This document shows positions 31,523 to 32,000 of a stretch of 32,000 nt of DNA, in pieces. The position numbers and the translations under genes were made by a program. Under the pieces are notes generated by a model. It did no database searches and was not told the origin of the DNA. It saw nothing but the letters and a program-made list of their open reading frames with translations. The stretch is taken from assembly GCA_002421785.1 (NCBI GenBank), contig DIRZ01000001.1, positions 1-32,000 of the forward strand, read 5' to 3'. Within the stretch, counting starts at the first letter, position 1, and each line of letters begins with the position of its first letter. This stretch comes from Candidatus Saccharimonadota bacterium. GTDB lineage: Bacteria > Patescibacteriota > Saccharimonadia > Saccharimonadales > Saccharimonadaceae.

Positions 31523-32000
31523 ATGGCCTTTAAACCACTCCCTGTACTCTCCATCACACTTGACCGCATCGTTGGCGGGGGTCAGGCTATCGGCACGCTT
31601 GAAACTGGCAAAAAAGCCTTTGTTTGGAATGGGCTTCCCGGAGAAACCGTTTCGTTCCAAGTCACCAAAAAGAAGTCGCATTTTGTCGAAGGCATCGCCA
31701 CCGAAGTCCAAAACCCCAGCACCGAACGCACCGCACCTGACGACCCCGACAGCTACCTCAGCACAAGTCCGTGGCAAATGATGACCTTTGACGCTGAACA
31801 GCACTATAAAGCCGCGCTCATCGAGGAAGCGTTTGAGCTTCACGATATCGTGCTTCCGGAGACAATCGAAGTATATACTGATGGCCGCACGGCGCACTAC
31901 CGCAACAAAGTTGAATTCAGTTGGTATAGTGACACCGACGCCAGTACTGGTACCGAAACACTAGACCTAGCGTTCTTCCGGCGCGGAAGCAAGGGGAAGA
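31523..32000 (+). CDS. TRAM-domain RNA (uracil-5-)-methyltransferase, RumA/RlmCD/TrmA family (5' partial, continues beyond the window)
   Basis: Manual translation gives MAFKPLPVLSITLDRIVGGGQAIGTLETGKKAFVWNGLPGETVSFQVTKKKSHFVEGIATEV...HYRNKVEF. The frame stays open to the window end. It is not in the ORF track because no stop is present. Confidence 0.7.
   Translation, partial: MAFKPLPVLSITLDRIVGGGQAIGTLETGKKAFVWNGLPGETVSFQVTKKKSHFVEGIATEVQNPSTERTAPDDPDSYLSTSPWQMMTFDAEQHYKAALIEEAFELHDIVLPETIEVYTDGRTAHYRNKVEFSWYSDTDASTGTETLDLAFFRRGSKGK

Noticed and set aside
31175-31897. 240-aa minus-strand ORF
   Set aside because: It overlaps the 3' end of the NRAMP gene and the conserved TRAM-domain methyltransferase reading frame on the plus strand.
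1-32000. CRISPR arrays, rRNA, canonical tRNAs, transposases, integrases, and phage structural or toxin-antitoxin modules
   Set aside because: I found no repeat-spacer periodicity, no GGTTCGAATCC-type complete tRNA folds, and no ORFs with recombinase or transposase hallmarks. This was a scan by eye only, so tRNAscan-SE, Infernal and ISfinder should confirm it.

Overview
The window comes from a compact, moderately AT-rich bacterial genome that uses the standard genetic code, since TGA, TAA and TAG all terminate recognisable genes. I call 37 protein-coding genes (one runs off the 3' edge) and 2 decayed gene remnants. I found no rRNA, canonical tRNA, CRISPR array, transposase or integrase.

Layout:
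- (i) 1-960 is an AT-rich stretch with three copies of a 22-nt tRNA-3'-end-like direct repeat, each followed by a terminator hairpin. The repeats bracket a 164-nt GC-rich structured element and a stand-alone C39-like cysteine peptidase gene.
- (ii) 1037-2318 and 24721-25094 are gene-sized high-GC islands whose codon usage is unlike the rest of the window.
- (iii) 2394-8027 holds a NUDIX plus DNPH1-like nucleotide-salvage pair, a small internally repeated protein behind a near-consensus promoter, a membrane-anchored GH76-like glycosidase, a type IV pilin with a lectin-like C-terminal domain, and an ECF sigma / membrane protein / secreted protein module.
- (iv) 8087-22716 is a copper-homeostasis island of about 14.6 kb. 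It holds five DUF305 paralogues, a ferric-reductase-like membrane protein with a cytochrome b5 partner, and a six-gene minus-strand operon (secreted protein, YHS, DUF2933-like, HMA/DsbD-like/cupredoxin-like, CopZ, CopA). It also holds a plus-strand operon of an ArsR-YHS regulator, a CopB-type ATPase and two DUF305 genes.
- (v) 22713-32000 is housekeeping: eno, gpmA, an acyltransferase, a DUF4332-like protein, phosphoketolase and acetate kinase, an NRAMP transporter, and the 5' part of a TRAM-domain RNA methyltransferase.

Most notable observations:
- The CopA ATPase continues past the normal P1B C-terminus through an extra TM helix into a 231-aa tandem-repeat module that resembles FtsX/MacB extracytoplasmic domains. 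A truncated paralogue remnant elsewhere in the island stops exactly where the extension begins.
- Two paralogous small secreted proteins sit at the head of two of the copper-island clusters.
- The high-GC gene islands may be acquired from a high-GC donor.
- Many first-in-unit genes have a -10 box 6-7 nt from the ATG and appear leaderless.

The gene content would fit a Saccharibacteria/CPR-like monoderm epibiont, but that is inference only. No database search was possible.
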